Assembly (NCBI GenBank): GCA_041937175.2
Contig: CP166615.1
Coordinates: 3,456,001 to 3,520,000 of the forward strand
From: Limnothrix sp. BL-A-16
Lineage (GTDB): Bacteria > Cyanobacteriota > Cyanobacteriia > CACIAM-69d
Direction: 5' to 3'
DNA: 64,000 nt
Shown: positions 29,827 through 41,955 of the stretch, piece after piece
Layout: each line of letters begins with the position of its first letter
How positions within the stretch are numbered: the stretch's first letter is position 1
The notes under the pieces: generated by a model
Seen by the model: only the letters and a program-made list of their open reading frames with translations
The model's database searches: none
Told to the model about the DNA's origin: nothing
Program-made: the position numbers and the translations under genes

Positions 29827-31647
29827 CTAATCGCCCGACGGAATCGGCACTTGCTTGATGTCAAAGGGCAGGTTCAAATCATCCGGCAACTGCTGTTGGG
29901 TTTGTTTCAGCCACTTCAGGAATTGTTTGCGCAAGCCCTTGAGGGGCCGATCGGGTGTTGCCGTGTCCGATGGCGTTGGCTCAACGATCGGCTCCGAGAT
30001 CACCGGCTCGATCGACTCAAGCACAATCGGCGGTTTTAATCCAACTTGGGGCGCTGACTTTGGTTCAGACACCGCTGGTTCCGGTTTAGCTTCCGGGGCG
30101 ATCGGCTCCGTTGTGGGAACCTCCGTTGCTGATGCTTCCGGCTTCGTTCCCTCCGCTGGTGCGATCACATCTGGCGTAGCAGTCTCCGGTTCTGGTTCGC
30201 TCACCAACGCTGGCGAAGCAGGCTCTTCACGGTCTTCGCTCAGGGAACTGTTGATTCTCCGGGCCTCTGCTTGAGGCAGGGCTACATCCGGCGGCTCAGG
30301 GCTACCTGACTCAGGGCTAACTGGCTCGGCACTGGGTTCCGGCATCGGTTCAGGTTCCGTCGCCACAGGCGGGTTAGCCGTGGGGGACTCCTCAACAGTT
30401 TCCGAAACTGTTGTCGGTTCTAGGGTTGAGGCGGCAGGCTCCGATGGTGCAACGGCGCTGGGTTTTGGGGCCAGAGTCCCACTTGGAATGCTGACTTCGT
30501 GATCTGCTGTGTCCTTTGGTTCTGGGCTGGCCGTTGCTTCCGGCAGAGCCGCCGGTTCTGGTTCTGGAGTCATTGCCGCCGGTTCTACAGTCTCTGGCTC
30601 TGCGGTTACAGTCGGCAACGCTTGCGGCAATGGTGCGATCGGCTCAGGCGCGGCAACCGGTTCCGGGGCCGGTGGCTCATAGGTTGGGTCAATCAGCGCC
30701 CGGGCTTCCGGTTCCGGCAACGCACCCTTCAGCAGTCGGTCGATCGCGCTCGTCTGGTTGGGGTCAAACTCCACCAGCGCCACCGACTCATTAAACGCAT
30801 TCTCCAGCAGCTCTCCCCGATCGTCGATCAGCTCCAACTTGACCCAGTTTTTACCCCGACGGAATCCCTTCAAATAAATAGACTGCCAATCATCCAGCAA
30901 AAAGCTGTCGCCATTGACCGTCACCCGCACCTTCCAATCCACAATCTCATCATCATCCCGTTCCCGAGCCAGCAGATGTAGCGGGGCATTGGTCAAGTAA
31001 AAGTCCAGCAACACCGGTTCTGTGCCCACCGTCCCGATCGGCTGGTTATAGGTCAGCAACGGCCGGCCCGAGTCGGGAACATGGGTTTGGGTTTTTGCAA
31101 ACACATGGAAAGACACCTGAGCATAGGCCCCATCATTCTTAAAGCTTTCATGCCAGGGACGTTCCGCAAAGGCCCGGAGTGTGTGGGTTCCCGGCGTTAG
31201 GTCGCTAATCGTAATCGGATCCGTGACATCAAAAATCTCTGCCACCGGGCGATCGTCCAACATCAGCTTCAAATGTGGCCCGGCAGCCAGCGCTTCATCC
31301 TTAAATAGCGGCAAATCTTGCACCCGCAACTGCACCGCCACCTGTGTTTGCGTCAGGGTTTCATCGGGTCTTGGCGCAATGATCTGCACCTGGGGTTGAT
31401 AGCGATCCAACTCCCGATTCAATCGCTGCACGATCGATGGTGGTGCCACCTCATCAATGGCCCCCACTACTTTGCCCTGATTGGGTTTGGGCGGCGTGGC
31501 CGTCGCCAGCGGTGGTGGCTCCTTGGCGCATCCCCCGATCGGCAACAGGAGGCATCCCCAGACCAACACCACGCATCCCCAGGCCATTCGCCGCCCTAGC
31601 CCTCGACCCAGCGCCCCGAGCCACCTCATCTCGTTACCTCTTTGCAA
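29827..31647 (-). CDS. Hypothetical probable lipoprotein with long Pro/Glu/Thr-rich C-terminal region
   Basis: Lipobox-like LLLPIGGC; globular part with GPHL.L.LD, PGTHTLRAF..RPWHESFKN, LLDFYLTNAPL; low-complexity tail. Confidence 0.8.
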   Translation of the reverse strand: MQRGNEMRWLGALGRGLGRRMAWGCVVLVWGCLLLPIGGCAKEPPPLATATPPKPNQGKVVGAIDEVAPPSIVQRLNRELDRYQPQVQIIAPRPDETLTQTQVAVQLRVQDLPLFKDEALAAGPHLKLMLDDRPVAEIFDVTDPITISDLTPGTHTLRAFAERPWHESFKNDGAYAQVSFHVFAKTQTHVPDSGRPLLTYNQPIGTVGTEPVLLDFYLTNAPLHLLARERDDDEIVDWKVRVTVNGDSFLLDDWQSIYLKGFRRGKNWVKLELIDDRGELLENAFNESVALVEFDPNQTSAIDRLLKGALPEPEARALIDPTYEPPAPEPVAAPEPIAPLPQALPTVTAEPETVEPAAMTPEPEPAALPEATASPEPKDTADHEVSIPSGTLAPKPSAVAPSEPAASTLEPTTVSETVEESPTANPPVATEPEPMPEPSAEPVSPESGSPEPPDVALPQAEARRINSSLSEDREEPASPALVSEPEPETATPDVIAPAEGTKPEASATEVPTTEPIAPEAKPEPAVSEPKSAPQVGLKPPIVLESIEPVISEPIVEPTPSDTATPDRPLKGLRKQFLKWLKQTQQQLPDDLNLPFDIKQVPIPSGD

Positions 31648-31859
31648 TCTTCAATAATGGGTATAGGAACTGATATGACCTAGGCGATCCTAAGCAAACC
31701 TAGGCAATGCAGAATTTGGAAAACTTGCGAAATCTACGAAATTTGCGATCTGAAGGCAATCTGAAATCGAGTCCAGTGTATCCGAGAACCATAGCCGGGC
31801 CGCGGTTTCCAGCCTTTACCACAAAGAACTACCCAACTCGACCTCAGATGCTTTGCAAT

Positions 31860-32217
31860 TCTTAATCAAACTGTTTGTAAAGTTTATAAACCTAACTTTC
31901 TGGATCTTACTACTGAATAAAAAAGCTCCAATGCCTCATGGGATGAGGCTTTACGGATTTTGAAATATTGTTAACCCCCTCAAGTCCCTTCAAAACCCAC
32001 GTCTATAATCTTCAAGAGAGAAGCCACCCCGGTCGTTCACTGCGAGCTAGATGCGACGGGAATTCCAGGCAATCTGGTTGTGATGCGTGTCTTGATCCCT
32101 GCCATCCAAGCTGCGATCAACACCATCGCTAACCCGCTGTAATCCCCTGCTTGGGGCGCTGCGAAGGCCAGCCGGGTGGATAGTCCTCGTTTCCTGTCTT
32201 GAGAGAGGAGAATCTCG
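31860..32217 (+). promoter_or_regulatory. psaAB promoter and long structured 5' UTR
   Basis: AT-rich upstream region, TATAAT at 32004-32009, complementary CCACCCCGG (32024) and CCGGGTGG (32172) segments, AGGAG RBS. Confidence 0.55.
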
Positions 32218-34476
32218 ATGACGATTAGCCCTCCAGAGCGAGAGGCAAAAGTCAAGGTCTCGGTTGATAAGAATCCGGTTCCGACTTCTTTCGAGAAGTG
32301 GGGCAAGCCGGGTCACTTTGATCGAACTTTGGCTCGGGGTCCCAAGACGACGACTTGGATCTGGAACCTCCACGCTGACGCTCACGATTTTGATAGCCAT
32401 ACCAGCGACTTAGAAGACGTTTCGCGCAAAATTTTTAGCGCTCACTTCGGCCACTTGGCCGTGGTTTTCGTTTGGTTGAGCGGCATGTACTTCCATGGTG
32501 CACGCTTCTCGAACTACGAAGCCTGGTTGAGCGACCCGACTCATATCAAACCCAGCGCCCAAGTGGTTTGGCCGATTGTGGGCCAAGAAATCCTCAATGG
32601 CGACGTGGGCGGTGGATTCCACGGTATTCAAATCACCTCCGGTCTCTTCCAAATGTGGCGGGCCGCCGGTTTCACCAATGGCGATCAACTCTATGTGACC
32701 GCGATCGGTGGGCTGGTGATGGCTGCCCTGATGCTGTTTGCTGGCTGGTTCCACTACCACAAGGCAGCACCCAAGCTGGAATGGTTCCAAAATGTCGAAT
32801 CGGCAATGAACCACCACCTGGCAGGTTTGCTGGGCTTGGGCTGCTTGAGCTGGGCTGGTCACCAAATCCACGTTTCTCTGCCCATCAACCACCTGCTGGA
32901 TTCGGGTGTGGCGCTGAAGGATATTCCGCTGCCCCATGAATTCATCCAAAACAAGGACTTGATGGCGGAGATCTACCCGAGCTTTGCTCAGGGTCTGACC
33001 CCCTTCTTCACGCTGAACTGGGGCGCTTACGCCGATTTCCTCACCTTCAAGGGCGGTCTGAACCCCGTCACGGGTGGTCTGTGGCTGTCGGATACGGCTC
33101 ACCACCACTTGGCTTTGGCGGTGCTCTTCATCGTTTCTGGTCACATGTACCGCACGAACTGGGGCATTGGTCATTCCATGAAGGAAATCCTGGAAGCCCA
33201 CAAGGGCCCTTACACCGGCCAAGGCCACAAGGGTCTCTACGAAATCTTCAATACCTCGTGGCACGCACAACTGGCCGTTAACTTGGCTGTGTTGGGTTCG
33301 CTGACGATCGTGATCGCGCACCACATGTACGCGATGCCTCCTTACCCCTACATTGCGACGGATTACCCGACGCAGATCTCGCTGTTCACCCACCACATGT
33401 GGATTGGCGCGTTCTGCATCGTGGGTGCTGGCGCTCACGCTGCGATCTTCATGGTTCGTGACTACGATCCGGCGAAGAACGTTGATAACTTGCTCGATCG
33501 CGTGATTCGTCACCGCGATGCGATCATCTCGCACCTGAACTGGGTGTGCATTTTCCTGGGCTTCCACAGCTTCGGTCTGTACATCCACAACGACACGATG
33601 CGTGCTTTGGGTCGCCCCCAAGACATGTTCTCGGATACCGGTATTCAGTTGCAGCCGGTGTTTGCGCAGTGGGTGCAAAACCTGCATGCCCTTGCGCCTG
33701 GTAACACGGCTCCTAATGCCTTGGAAATCGTCAGCCACGCTTTTGGCGGCGGCATCGTGGCGGTGGGTGGCAAGGTGGCAATGATGCCGATCACCCTGGG
33801 TACGGCGGACTTCATGGTTCACCATATCCACGCCTTCACGATTCACGTGACGGCGCTGATTCTCCTGAAGGGCGTGCTGTATGCGCGTTCGTCTCGCTTG
33901 ATCCCCGATAAGGCGAACTTGGGCTTCCGGTTCCCTTGCGATGGTCCGGGTCGTGGCGGTACTTGCCAAGTGTCCGGTTGGGATCACGTGTTCCTCGGTC
34001 TGTTCTGGATGTATAACTCGCTGTCGATCGTGATCTTCCACTTCTCCTGGAAGATGCAGTCGGATGTGTGGGGCACGGTGAACCCTGATGGGTCGGTGGC
34101 TCACATCACGGCGGGTAACTTCGCTCAAAGCGCCATTACCATTAATGGTTGGCTGCGTGACTTCCTGTGGGCACAAGCTTCGCAGGTGATCACCTCCTAC
34201 GGTTCGGCTTTGTCGGCCTATGGTCTGCTGTTCCTGGGTGCTCACTTTGTGTGGGCGTTCAGCCTGATGTTCCTGTTCAGCGGTCGCGGCTACTGGCAAG
34301 AACTGATTGAGTCGATCGTGTGGGCGCACAACAAGCTGAAGGTGGCTCCGGCAATCCAACCCCGTGCTCTGAGCATCACTCAGGGTCGTGCGGTGGGTGT
34401 TGCTCACTACCTGCTTGGCGGCATTGTGACCACTTGGTCGTTCTTCCTGGCTCGAATTATTTCGGTCAGCGGCTAA
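32218..34476 (+). CDS. psaA: Photosystem I core protein PsaA
   Basis: [56 protein letters not shown]. Confidence 0.99.
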   Translation: MTISPPEREAKVKVSVDKNPVPTSFEKWGKPGHFDRTLARGPKTTTWIWNLHADAHDFDSHTSDLEDVSRKIFSAHFGHLAVVFVWLSGMYFHGARFSNYEAWLSDPTHIKPSAQVVWPIVGQEILNGDVGGGFHGIQITSGLFQMWRAAGFTNGDQLYVTAIGGLVMAALMLFAGWFHYHKAAPKLEWFQNVESAMNHHLAGLLGLGCLSWAGHQIHVSLPINHLLDSGVALKDIPLPHEFIQNKDLMAEIYPSFAQGLTPFFTLNWGAYADFLTFKGGLNPVTGGLWLSDTAHHHLALAVLFIVSGHMYRTNWGIGHSMKEILEAHKGPYTGQGHKGLYEIFNTSWHAQLAVNLAVLGSLTIVIAHHMYAMPPYPYIATDYPTQISLFTHHMWIGAFCIVGAGAHAAIFMVRDYDPAKNVDNLLDRVIRHRDAIISHLNWVCIFLGFHSFGLYIHNDTMRALGRPQDMFSDTGIQLQPVFAQWVQNLHALAPGNTAPNALEIVSHAFGGGIVAVGGKVAMMPITLGTADFMVHHIHAFTIHVTALILLKGVLYARSSRLIPDKANLGFRFPCDGPGRGGTCQVSGWDHVFLGLFWMYNSLSIVIFHFSWKMQSDVWGTVNPDGSVAHITAGNFAQSAITINGWLRDFLWAQASQVITSYGSALSAYGLLFLGAHFVWAFSLMFLFSGRGYWQELIESIVWAHNKLKVAPAIQPRALSITQGRAVGVAHYLLGGIVTTWSFFLARIISVSG

Positions 34477-34550
34477 TCCCTTTAGCCCCGGATTGCATCT
34501 GAGGTCGAGACGCGACTTCGGCAACGAGGATTAAGACAAAAACAGGACTT

Positions 34551-36764
34551 ATGGCAACCAAATTCCCAAAATTTAGCCAGGATCTCGCCGCTGATCCCAC
34601 GACGCGGCGGATCTGGTACGGGATTGCCACAGCCCACGACTTTGAAAGCCACGATGGCATGACGGAAGAAAATCTTTATCAAAAGATTTTCGCGTCGCAC
34701 TTCGGTCACCTGGCAATCATCTTCCTGTGGACTTCGGGCAACCTGTTCCATGTGGCCTGGCAAGGCAACTTTGAGCAGTGGGTGAAAGATCCCCTGAACG
34801 TCCGTCCGATCGCCCACGCAATTTGGGATCCGCACTTCGGCCAAGCGGCTGTGGATGCGTTCACCCAAGGTGGTGCTTCGGGCCCCGTGAACATTGCGTT
34901 CTCTGGCGTTTACCACTGGTGGTACACGATCGGGATGCGCACCGTGGGCGACCTGTACCAAGGCGCTGTGTTCCTGCTGGTGTTGGCGGCTTTGATGCTG
35001 TTTGCCGGCTGGCTGCACTTGCAACCCAAGTTCCGCCCCAGCCTCTCCTGGTTTAAGAACGCAGAATCGCGTCTGAACCACCACTTGGCGGGTCTGTTCG
35101 GCGTGTCGTCGCTGGCTTGGACGGGTCACTTGGTGCACGTGGCGATTCCCGAATCGCGCGGCGTGCATGTGGGTTGGGATAACTTCCTGTCGGTGGCTCC
35201 TCACCCGGCTGGTTTGGCTCCCTTCTTCACCGGTAACTGGGGCGTTTATGCCGAGAACCCCGATACGGCTGGCCATGTGTTTGGCACGGCTCAAGGGGCT
35301 GGCTCCGCAATTTTGACCTTCCTGGGCGGTTTCCACCCCCAAACGGAATCCCTGTGGCTGACGGATATTGCCCATCACCATCTGGCGATCGCGGTGATCT
35401 TCATCGTTGCTGGTCACATGTACCGGACCAACTTTGGTATCGGGCACAGCATCAAGGAAATCTTGGAAGCGCACAAGCCGCCTTCGGGCAAGCTGGGCGA
35501 CGCTCACAAGGGTCTGTTTGATACGCTGAACAACTCGCTGCACTTCCAACTGGCTCTGGCCCTGGCTTCGCTGGGTGTTGTGACCTCGTTGGTGGCTCAG
35601 CACATGTATTCGATGCCGTCGTATGCCTTCATTGCGAAGGACTTCACGACCCAGGCTGCCCTGTTTACTCACCACGAGTACATTGCTGGCTTCCTGATGG
35701 TGGGTGCGTTTGCCCACGGCGCAATCTTCCTGGTGCGTGATTACGATCCCGCCCAGAACAAGAACAACGTGCTCGATCGCGTGCTCCAGCATAAAGAAGC
35801 GATCATCTCGCACCTGAGCTGGGTCTCGCTGTTCCTGGGTTTCCACACCCTGGGTCTGTACGTTCACAACGATGTGGTTGTGGCATTCGGTACGCCTGAG
35901 AAGCAAATCCTGATCGAACCCGTTTTCGCTCAATGGATTCAAGCGGCTCACGGCAAACTGCTCTACGGCTTCGATACGCTGCTGTCGAACCCCGATAGCT
36001 TGGCGGCGACGGCTTGGCCGAACCATGGCGATGTGTGGCTGCCCGGTTGGTTGGAAGCCATCAACAGCAACGCTAACTCGCTGTTCCTGACGATCGGCCC
36101 TGGCGACTTCCTGGTTCACCATGCGATCGCTCTGGGTCTGCACACCACCACCTTGATCCTGGTGAAGGGTGCTTTGGATGCCCGTGGCTCCAAGCTGATG
36201 CCCGACAAGAAGGACTTTGGTTACAGCTTCCCTTGCGACGGTCCCGGCCGTGGCGGTACTTGCGACATCTCGGCTTGGGATGCGTTCTACCTGGCCATGT
36301 TCTGGATGCTGAACACGATCGGCTGGATCACCTTCTACTGGCACTGGAAGCACCTGTGCGTGTGGCAAGGCAATGTGGCTCAATTCAATGAGTCCTCGAC
36401 TTACCTGATGGGCTGGTTCCGCGATTACCTGTGGCTAAATTCGTCGCAGTTGATCAACGGCTACAACCCCTATGGCATGAATAACCTCGCTGTTTGGGCT
36501 TGGATGTTCCTGTTCGGTCACCTGATCTGGGCAACGGGCTTCATGTTCCTGATTAGCTGGCGTGGTTACTGGCAAGAATTGATCGAAACCCTGGTTTGGG
36601 CGCATGAGCGCACCCCGCTGGCGAACCTGGTTCGTTGGAAGGACAAGCCGGTGGCCCTGTCGATCGTGCAAGCTCGCTTGGTTGGTTTGGCCCACTTCAC
36701 CGTTGGCTACTTCGTGACCTACGCAGCCTTCTTGATCGCCTCAACTTCGAGCAAGTTCGGCTAA
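34551..36764 (+). CDS. psaB: Photosystem I core protein PsaB
   Basis: [37 protein letters not shown]-terminal ASTSSKFG. Confidence 0.99.
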   Translation: MATKFPKFSQDLAADPTTRRIWYGIATAHDFESHDGMTEENLYQKIFASHFGHLAIIFLWTSGNLFHVAWQGNFEQWVKDPLNVRPIAHAIWDPHFGQAAVDAFTQGGASGPVNIAFSGVYHWWYTIGMRTVGDLYQGAVFLLVLAALMLFAGWLHLQPKFRPSLSWFKNAESRLNHHLAGLFGVSSLAWTGHLVHVAIPESRGVHVGWDNFLSVAPHPAGLAPFFTGNWGVYAENPDTAGHVFGTAQGAGSAILTFLGGFHPQTESLWLTDIAHHHLAIAVIFIVAGHMYRTNFGIGHSIKEILEAHKPPSGKLGDAHKGLFDTLNNSLHFQLALALASLGVVTSLVAQHMYSMPSYAFIAKDFTTQAALFTHHEYIAGFLMVGAFAHGAIFLVRDYDPAQNKNNVLDRVLQHKEAIISHLSWVSLFLGFHTLGLYVHNDVVVAFGTPEKQILIEPVFAQWIQAAHGKLLYGFDTLLSNPDSLAATAWPNHGDVWLPGWLEAINSNANSLFLTIGPGDFLVHHAIALGLHTTTLILVKGALDARGSKLMPDKKDFGYSFPCDGPGRGGTCDISAWDAFYLAMFWMLNTIGWITFYWHWKHLCVWQGNVAQFNESSTYLMGWFRDYLWLNSSQLINGYNPYGMNNLAVWAWMFLFGHLIWATGFMFLISWRGYWQELIETLVWAHERTPLANLVRWKDKPVALSIVQARLVGLAHFTVGYFVTYAAFLIASTSSKFG

Positions 36765-36786
36765 ATCTGATTGCCTCCTAGGTAAC

Positions 36787-36830
36787 TAGCAAAAATCCCC
36801 CGGTCTCGTTGAGATTGGGGGATTTTGCTA
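36787..36830 (+). terminator. psaAB terminator hairpin
   Basis: TAGCAAAAATCCCCCGGTCTC-GTT-GAGATTGGGGGATTTTGCTA, just after the psaB stop. Confidence 0.8.
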
Positions 36831-37056
36831 TTGAAGAATGGGGCGATCGATTCAATTCAATCGATTGAGATTCCACTGGCTCGCTTGGTAGGGCGCTGCA
36901 ATCTCTGGAGACCGAGGGCGATCGATTCAGCATCGCTTGAATGACGCAAGTCCCCATTAATTCAACGGGAGACCCATGCAAAAGCGGGGCGCACAGGTTG
37001 CCCTGCCTTCGCCCCGCTTACTATTGCAGTTCTGAGTGGTTGAAAGAGAATGGAGT

Positions 37057-38595
37057 TTAGCGCACCGTCTCGAAGCTGTCGGCACGTGATTTGAATTGAC
37101 CCAGGAAGATATCCAAAACCGATCGCTTGCGGGTCTTGATCCGCGCCGAAACTGACATCCCGGCTTGAATCTTTAACTCCAAGCCCCGATTGGTTTTCAG
37201 GGTTTGCCGTTCCAGCTCAATCCGAATGGGAAACGTATAGGTGGGGCGCTCTTGGGTGGGTGCCAGAGCATCCGACCCGATCGAGACTAGTTTCCCCTTA
37301 ATGCTGCCAAATTCTAGGGAAGGGAACGTGTCCACACTCACCTCCACCGGCATTCCCACTTCCACGAACCCAATGTCCTTGTTGGTCACATAGACCGATG
37401 CCACCAACTCGCCATCGGGCACGATACTCAGCATGGGTTCCGTGGGGCTAGCCACATAGCCCGGGCCGCTGGCCTTGATATCAAAAACCGTGCCCGCAAT
37501 CGGGGCGCGTAGCTCCTGATAGCGTACCGCTTGCTCTGCTTTCACCAATTGGCTTTGCACTTGGGCAAGCTGACCAACCACGCTGGCATCCTGGCGACGG
37601 TTATCCAGACGGGACTTCGCCAATTGGGTGTCGATATCGGCGATCGCCCGATCGTTGTCCGCAATCCGGTTTTCCAAATCCGCCGCCCAACTGGTTTGGG
37701 TGGTGCGAATTTCCGCCAACTGCGTCCCAATTTCCGCCTGCTTCGTTTGAATGGAAGCCATCAGGCGAGCTTCTTGCTCATTCAAACTGGCGATTTGCCC
37801 CTCCAGGGTCGCCACCGCATCAGCATTCGACAGCACGGCCTGCTGTTGGTTCTTGAATTGCAGTCGGGCAACGGCCCCTTCTTCAACCAGGGGCTGCAAA
37901 TCAGCGATGATTCCCTCATTGATATTCAGGCGCTCTTGGGCTTGCCCCAGTCGAATTTGGATGGCCCGGCGTTGGGCGCGGGTGTTGGCCACGTCACTGC
38001 GTAATTCGTTGATTTGCGAGTTCAGTTCCGACACGCGTGATTGCAGTTGTGACAGTCGAGAAGCTTGGGCTGCTCGATTTTCTGCCAAACGACCGGCTTG
38101 GCCGGCCGGAGCCGCGCGATCGCCCCGCAGCAGCGCCCGCAGGTAGATATTTTCCGCCACCCGCACAGCTCGATTGCGTTGAAGGTCAATGATACTAGCC
38201 TGGCCCTCGCGGGTTAAGCCCAAGCCAGCGGCCTCCGCTCGAATCAGTTGCTTTTGGCGCTCGAGTGAGTCCTGGTTGGCCTTCAGGGATTGCACATCCG
38301 CCGCCTGCCCCGTGGGGTCAAAGGTGGCGAGCAATTGGCCCTTTTCGACCCGTTCGCCGTCTTTGACCACAATTTCCCGCACCACCCCACCGGCCGGTGC
38401 TTTGATCGGCTTTGTGGAATCCTTAGGCTGCAACTTACCGGCCGCCGGAACGGACTGGTCAATCTGGGCCACTGCGGCCCAAGTGATGCCGCCGACCACA
38501 AAGGTCACAATCAACCAAATAAATCCACTGGCGAGCAATGCCGGCCGTTGTAGCAAGACCGGTTGCTCTTCCCGTTCGATAAAGGCCTTTAGCAT
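37057..38595 (-). CDS. HlyD-family type I secretion membrane fusion protein
   Basis: N-terminal TM, IKAPAGGVV..I.VKDGERVEKGQLL, long coiled coil, LRAPIAGTV, DIGFV.VGM, GMSVSARI. Confidence 0.93.
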   Translation of the reverse strand: MLKAFIEREEQPVLLQRPALLASGFIWLIVTFVVGGITWAAVAQIDQSVPAAGKLQPKDSTKPIKAPAGGVVREIVVKDGERVEKGQLLATFDPTGQAADVQSLKANQDSLERQKQLIRAEAAGLGLTREGQASIIDLQRNRAVRVAENIYLRALLRGDRAAPAGQAGRLAENRAAQASRLSQLQSRVSELNSQINELRSDVANTRAQRRAIQIRLGQAQERLNINEGIIADLQPLVEEGAVARLQFKNQQQAVLSNADAVATLEGQIASLNEQEARLMASIQTKQAEIGTQLAEIRTTQTSWAADLENRIADNDRAIADIDTQLAKSRLDNRRQDASVVGQLAQVQSQLVKAEQAVRYQELRAPIAGTVFDIKASGPGYVASPTEPMLSIVPDGELVASVYVTNKDIGFVEVGMPVEVSVDTFPSLEFGSIKGKLVSIGSDALAPTQERPTYTFPIRIELERQTLKTNRGLELKIQAGMSVSARIKTRKRSVLDIFLGQFKSRADSFETVR

Positions 38596-38666
38596 TGAGT
38601 TTCACCAAATTGCAGACTGAAAGGATTGACGGGTCACAAACAAACGGGGTTAGGACTGGGGAAGTG

Positions 38667-41600
38667 CTAGCTAAACGACCCTTCCTGTTGTTGGAACAGA
38701 CAATAGTAGCGACCCTTCATGGCCATCAATTCCTCGTGGGTTCCCTGTTCAACCACTGCCCCCTTATCCATCAGGATGATGGAGTCTGCGTTCAGAACCG
38801 TGTTCAAGCGGTGGGTAATGAAGAACACCGTGCGGTTTCGGAACTCAACGGCCAGGTTATTACAAACCTGTCGTTCTGAGTTGTAGTCCAGGGCGCTGGT
38901 GGCTTCGTCCAAAATCAGGAGCTTGGGTTGTTGCAGAACGGTACGGGCGATCGCAATCCGCTGCCGTTGTCCCCCAGAAAGACCGGTTCCCCGTTCCCCA
39001 ACCACGGTGTTGTAGCCGTTGGGCAACTGCATGATGAAGTCGTGGGCGGCGGCCACCTTGGCGGCGTGAATTACTTCCTCGGTGGTGGCATCCGGGTTCG
39101 CCAGCATGATGTTTTCTTGCACCGTGCCCGTAAACAGGAGGGTGTCTTGTAGCACCATCCCAATTTGTCGGCGCAGGGAGTAGAGTTCCACTTTGCTGAT
39201 GTCGTAGCCATCAATTTGGATGTAGCCAGCGGTGGGATCGTATAGCCGCTGTAGAAGTTTCATCAGGGTGGATTTCCCGGAACCGGATTCCCCCACAATG
39301 CCCACAAAAGTGCCCGGGGCAAAGTCTAGATTGACGTTGGCCAACTGCAAGGGGCCCGTTTCTGCAAAGCGGAAGGAGAGATCGGAGAACTTGACGGAGC
39401 CGACCAATTCCGGCATGGGAATGTTGTCGCGATCGGCATCGCTGGACTCCGGTTGGCTGTCAACAATATCCGCCAGACGTTCCACGGAAATTGAAATTTC
39501 CTGCACCTGTTGCCAAGCACCCACCAGGCTGAGGAGGGAACCCGTGACGTTTCCGGCCAGGATTTTGAAGGCGATCAATTGCCCCAGGGTGATTTGGTTG
39601 CCAATCACCAAATAGGCCCCCGCCCAAAGCAGGGCTAGGGTAGACAGGCTGTTCAGGAAGGAGGTGGCCCCCCCGATCGTGGTGCCGGTCATGATCGTTT
39701 TGAAGTTCGCCTGGATCATGCGGGCGTAGCGCTCTTGCCACTGCCACAGCACCTTGGTTTCGATGTTTTGGGCCTTGACGGTTTGGGCCCCGGAAATCAC
39801 TTCCACCATGTAGGAGTCCACGTCAGCGCGGCGTTCCGCTTGGCGACGAATCAGTTGGCGGATGATCGGGGCAGCGAAGACGATAATCCCGCCCAAGATG
39901 GGTACAACCGCCAAGGCTACCAAGGTAAGCAGCCAACTGTAGACCACCATCACCACGATGTAGATCACCGAGAAGATGGCGTTCAGGAAAACGGTCAGGG
40001 CCGTACCGGTCAGGAAGTTCCGAATGCTGTCGCGCTCATTGACCCGACCCGCCAGTTCACCCACCCGGCGCACGTCAAAGTAGCCCAGGGGCAAGCGCAT
40101 CAGGTGGCTAATGATGGCGGAACCGACGTTCATGTCGATCCGGTTCATGGCATCGACAAACAGGTAAGTCCGCAGGATGTTGAGGATCCCTTCAAAGACA
40201 GCCACACCCAACATGAAGAAGCCGAGGGCATCCATGGTTTCGATGCTGCCTTGGCCCAACACTTTGTCGATGATCACCTGGGTGATGATCGGCTGCACCA
40301 ACCCGAAGGTTTGAACGAAGAAGGACGCGACGACGACTTCGATCAGGGCGCGTTTGTAGGGCAGGATCCAGGGAACGAACCAACTGAGACCGAATTTTTC
40401 CGGCAGTTCTTCGACGGGGGCTTCGAGAAGCAACACCATGCCGCTTTCGCCCCAGCTTTCTAGGAACTGCTGGGGGGTCTTGCGCATCACGCCTTCTTCG
40501 GGGGTGGCCAGGATGATGCGGGTTTCGGAAATGTCGTAGATGACGGCGAAGCTATCTTTCCAGGGGGTGAGGGCGGGTGCTTTCAGCCGATTGATTAGGA
40601 CACCGGAAATTTGGATCAGTTGGGGCCGAAAGCCAATGGTTTGGGCGATCGCCCCGCAAACCTGCATGGAAATTTGCCCGGTGGCCCGCAGTTGATCTTC
40701 CAGGAGCCGCCGAATTCGGTCTTTGCGGAATTGCAACCCGGGCACGAATTCATTCAGCATCTGGAAGCAGGCCAGGGTGCCGTTGACGGGCCCCCGCCCC
40801 CGCACATGGGGATAGGTGGCGGGCTGGGTTAGTAGGGCTTCTCGGGGGAGTTCGGGCGGTTTTTCGGGGGCGAAGGGAATTTCGGGAACGGGAACCGGAG
40901 CTGCGGCCACGGGTGCTGGTTCGGTGACGGGGGCCGCATTGCCGGTGACGATATCAACGGGCGGTGGAGGCGGGGCGATCGCGGCTTCGGTTTGGGGGGT
41001 GCGCTGCCGGAGCCAGTCTTGGGTGAACCCCACGACGCGGGCCGCATGGCCGCCGGTAATGCTAACGGAGCCGCTGCCGGCCCATTGCAGTCGATCACCC
41101 GCGATCAGTTTGCCGCTGACGGTTTCCGCTTGGCCACCGCTCAGGAGCCAGACAAGTTGCGGATCGATCAGCCGCTCAAGGGTGGCCTCATCGACAATCC
41201 CTTCGGGGATGCCCATCACCTGCACTTCATCGAGCATTCGCAGGGTGATGTCTTTTAGGTTGCCGCGCCGATCGGCTTGGCGCTGAAGCTCCTGGCTGAG
41301 CAAACTGAAGAGTTCACAGAGGTTGCAACGCGACTCCCAGGCCTGACGGAAAGTAGCCTCTTCGGCCATCACGGTCAGAAAATCGGCGGCAGGAATGCTG
41401 ATGCAGGTGGTTTCGGTGGAGGCGATCGCCGTTTCGCAGGCCACGCCTCGCAACAGCCCAGCCCAACCGAGAATTTCGCCGGGAGTGGCTAGTTTGAGGC
41501 TGACGGGCCGTTGCGATCGCTCGTCAAACCCCAGAACCCGCACTTGCCCTTGGAACAACACCAGGACTTGGGCCGGCAGGGTTTGGCGATCGAGCAAGGG

Positions 41601-41732
41601 TTGCCCCACCCGGTAGCGCAGTAGCTGGGCCCCCTGGAGTAAGCGTTCCAAACTGGCGGAGCTGAGGCGACTGAACGGATCGATCTCCGCCAGAAACACT
41701 TGAATGGGCTGATGGCTAGCAGCTTGAGTCAT
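38667..41732 (-). CDS. HlyB-like type I secretion ABC transporter (cNMP-binding, C39-like, TMD and NBD domains)
   Basis: GESGSGKST, LSGGQRQRIAIAR, ILDEATSALD; N-terminal cNMP-like domain; GGAG before ATG 41732. Confidence 0.95.
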   Translation of the reverse strand: MTQAASHQPIQVFLAEIDPFSRLSSASLERLLQGAQLLRYRVGQPLLDRQTLPAQVLVLFQGQVRVLGFDERSQRPVSLKLATPGEILGWAGLLRGVACETAIASTETTCISIPAADFLTVMAEEATFRQAWESRCNLCELFSLLSQELQRQADRRGNLKDITLRMLDEVQVMGIPEGIVDEATLERLIDPQLVWLLSGGQAETVSGKLIAGDRLQWAGSGSVSITGGHAARVVGFTQDWLRQRTPQTEAAIAPPPPPVDIVTGNAAPVTEPAPVAAAPVPVPEIPFAPEKPPELPREALLTQPATYPHVRGRGPVNGTLACFQMLNEFVPGLQFRKDRIRRLLEDQLRATGQISMQVCGAIAQTIGFRPQLIQISGVLINRLKAPALTPWKDSFAVIYDISETRIILATPEEGVMRKTPQQFLESWGESGMVLLLEAPVEELPEKFGLSWFVPWILPYKRALIEVVVASFFVQTFGLVQPIITQVIIDKVLGQGSIETMDALGFFMLGVAVFEGILNILRTYLFVDAMNRIDMNVGSAIISHLMRLPLGYFDVRRVGELAGRVNERDSIRNFLTGTALTVFLNAIFSVIYIVVMVVYSWLLTLVALAVVPILGGIIVFAAPIIRQLIRRQAERRADVDSYMVEVISGAQTVKAQNIETKVLWQWQERYARMIQANFKTIMTGTTIGGATSFLNSLSTLALLWAGAYLVIGNQITLGQLIAFKILAGNVTGSLLSLVGAWQQVQEISISVERLADIVDSQPESSDADRDNIPMPELVGSVKFSDLSFRFAETGPLQLANVNLDFAPGTFVGIVGESGSGKSTLMKLLQRLYDPTAGYIQIDGYDISKVELYSLRRQIGMVLQDTLLFTGTVQENIMLANPDATTEEVIHAAKVAAAHDFIMQLPNGYNTVVGERGTGLSGGQRQRIAIARTVLQQPKLLILDEATSALDYNSERQVCNNLAVEFRNRTVFFITHRLNTVLNADSIILMDKGAVVEQGTHEELMAMKGRYYCLFQQQEGSFS

Positions 41733-41955
41733 AACTCCAGGCACGGGCAAAGACGGGTCAAAGCAGTCAGGCGAGGCGATCGGGATTGGGAGGCGATCGG
41801 GGTTGGGAGCCAAATCAGCGCATGGGTTCACGGCTGGCTAACGGTTTCGCAAATTATGGATCGTTTTTATGGATCATTTGCCGAATCAAGCTTGGCCCAA
41901 TGGGTTGACCCAATTAACCGTAGCGGGCGATCGCCCTGGCTCACCCCGATCGCCC

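Noticed and set aside
32410..36383. Very long antisense ORFs (704 and 633 aa) opposite psaA and psaB
   Set aside because: Shadow ORFs expected from strong codon bias in highly expressed genes; no recognisable motifs. The same applies to the antisense ORFs over prk, petH, pnp and the MT-GT gene.
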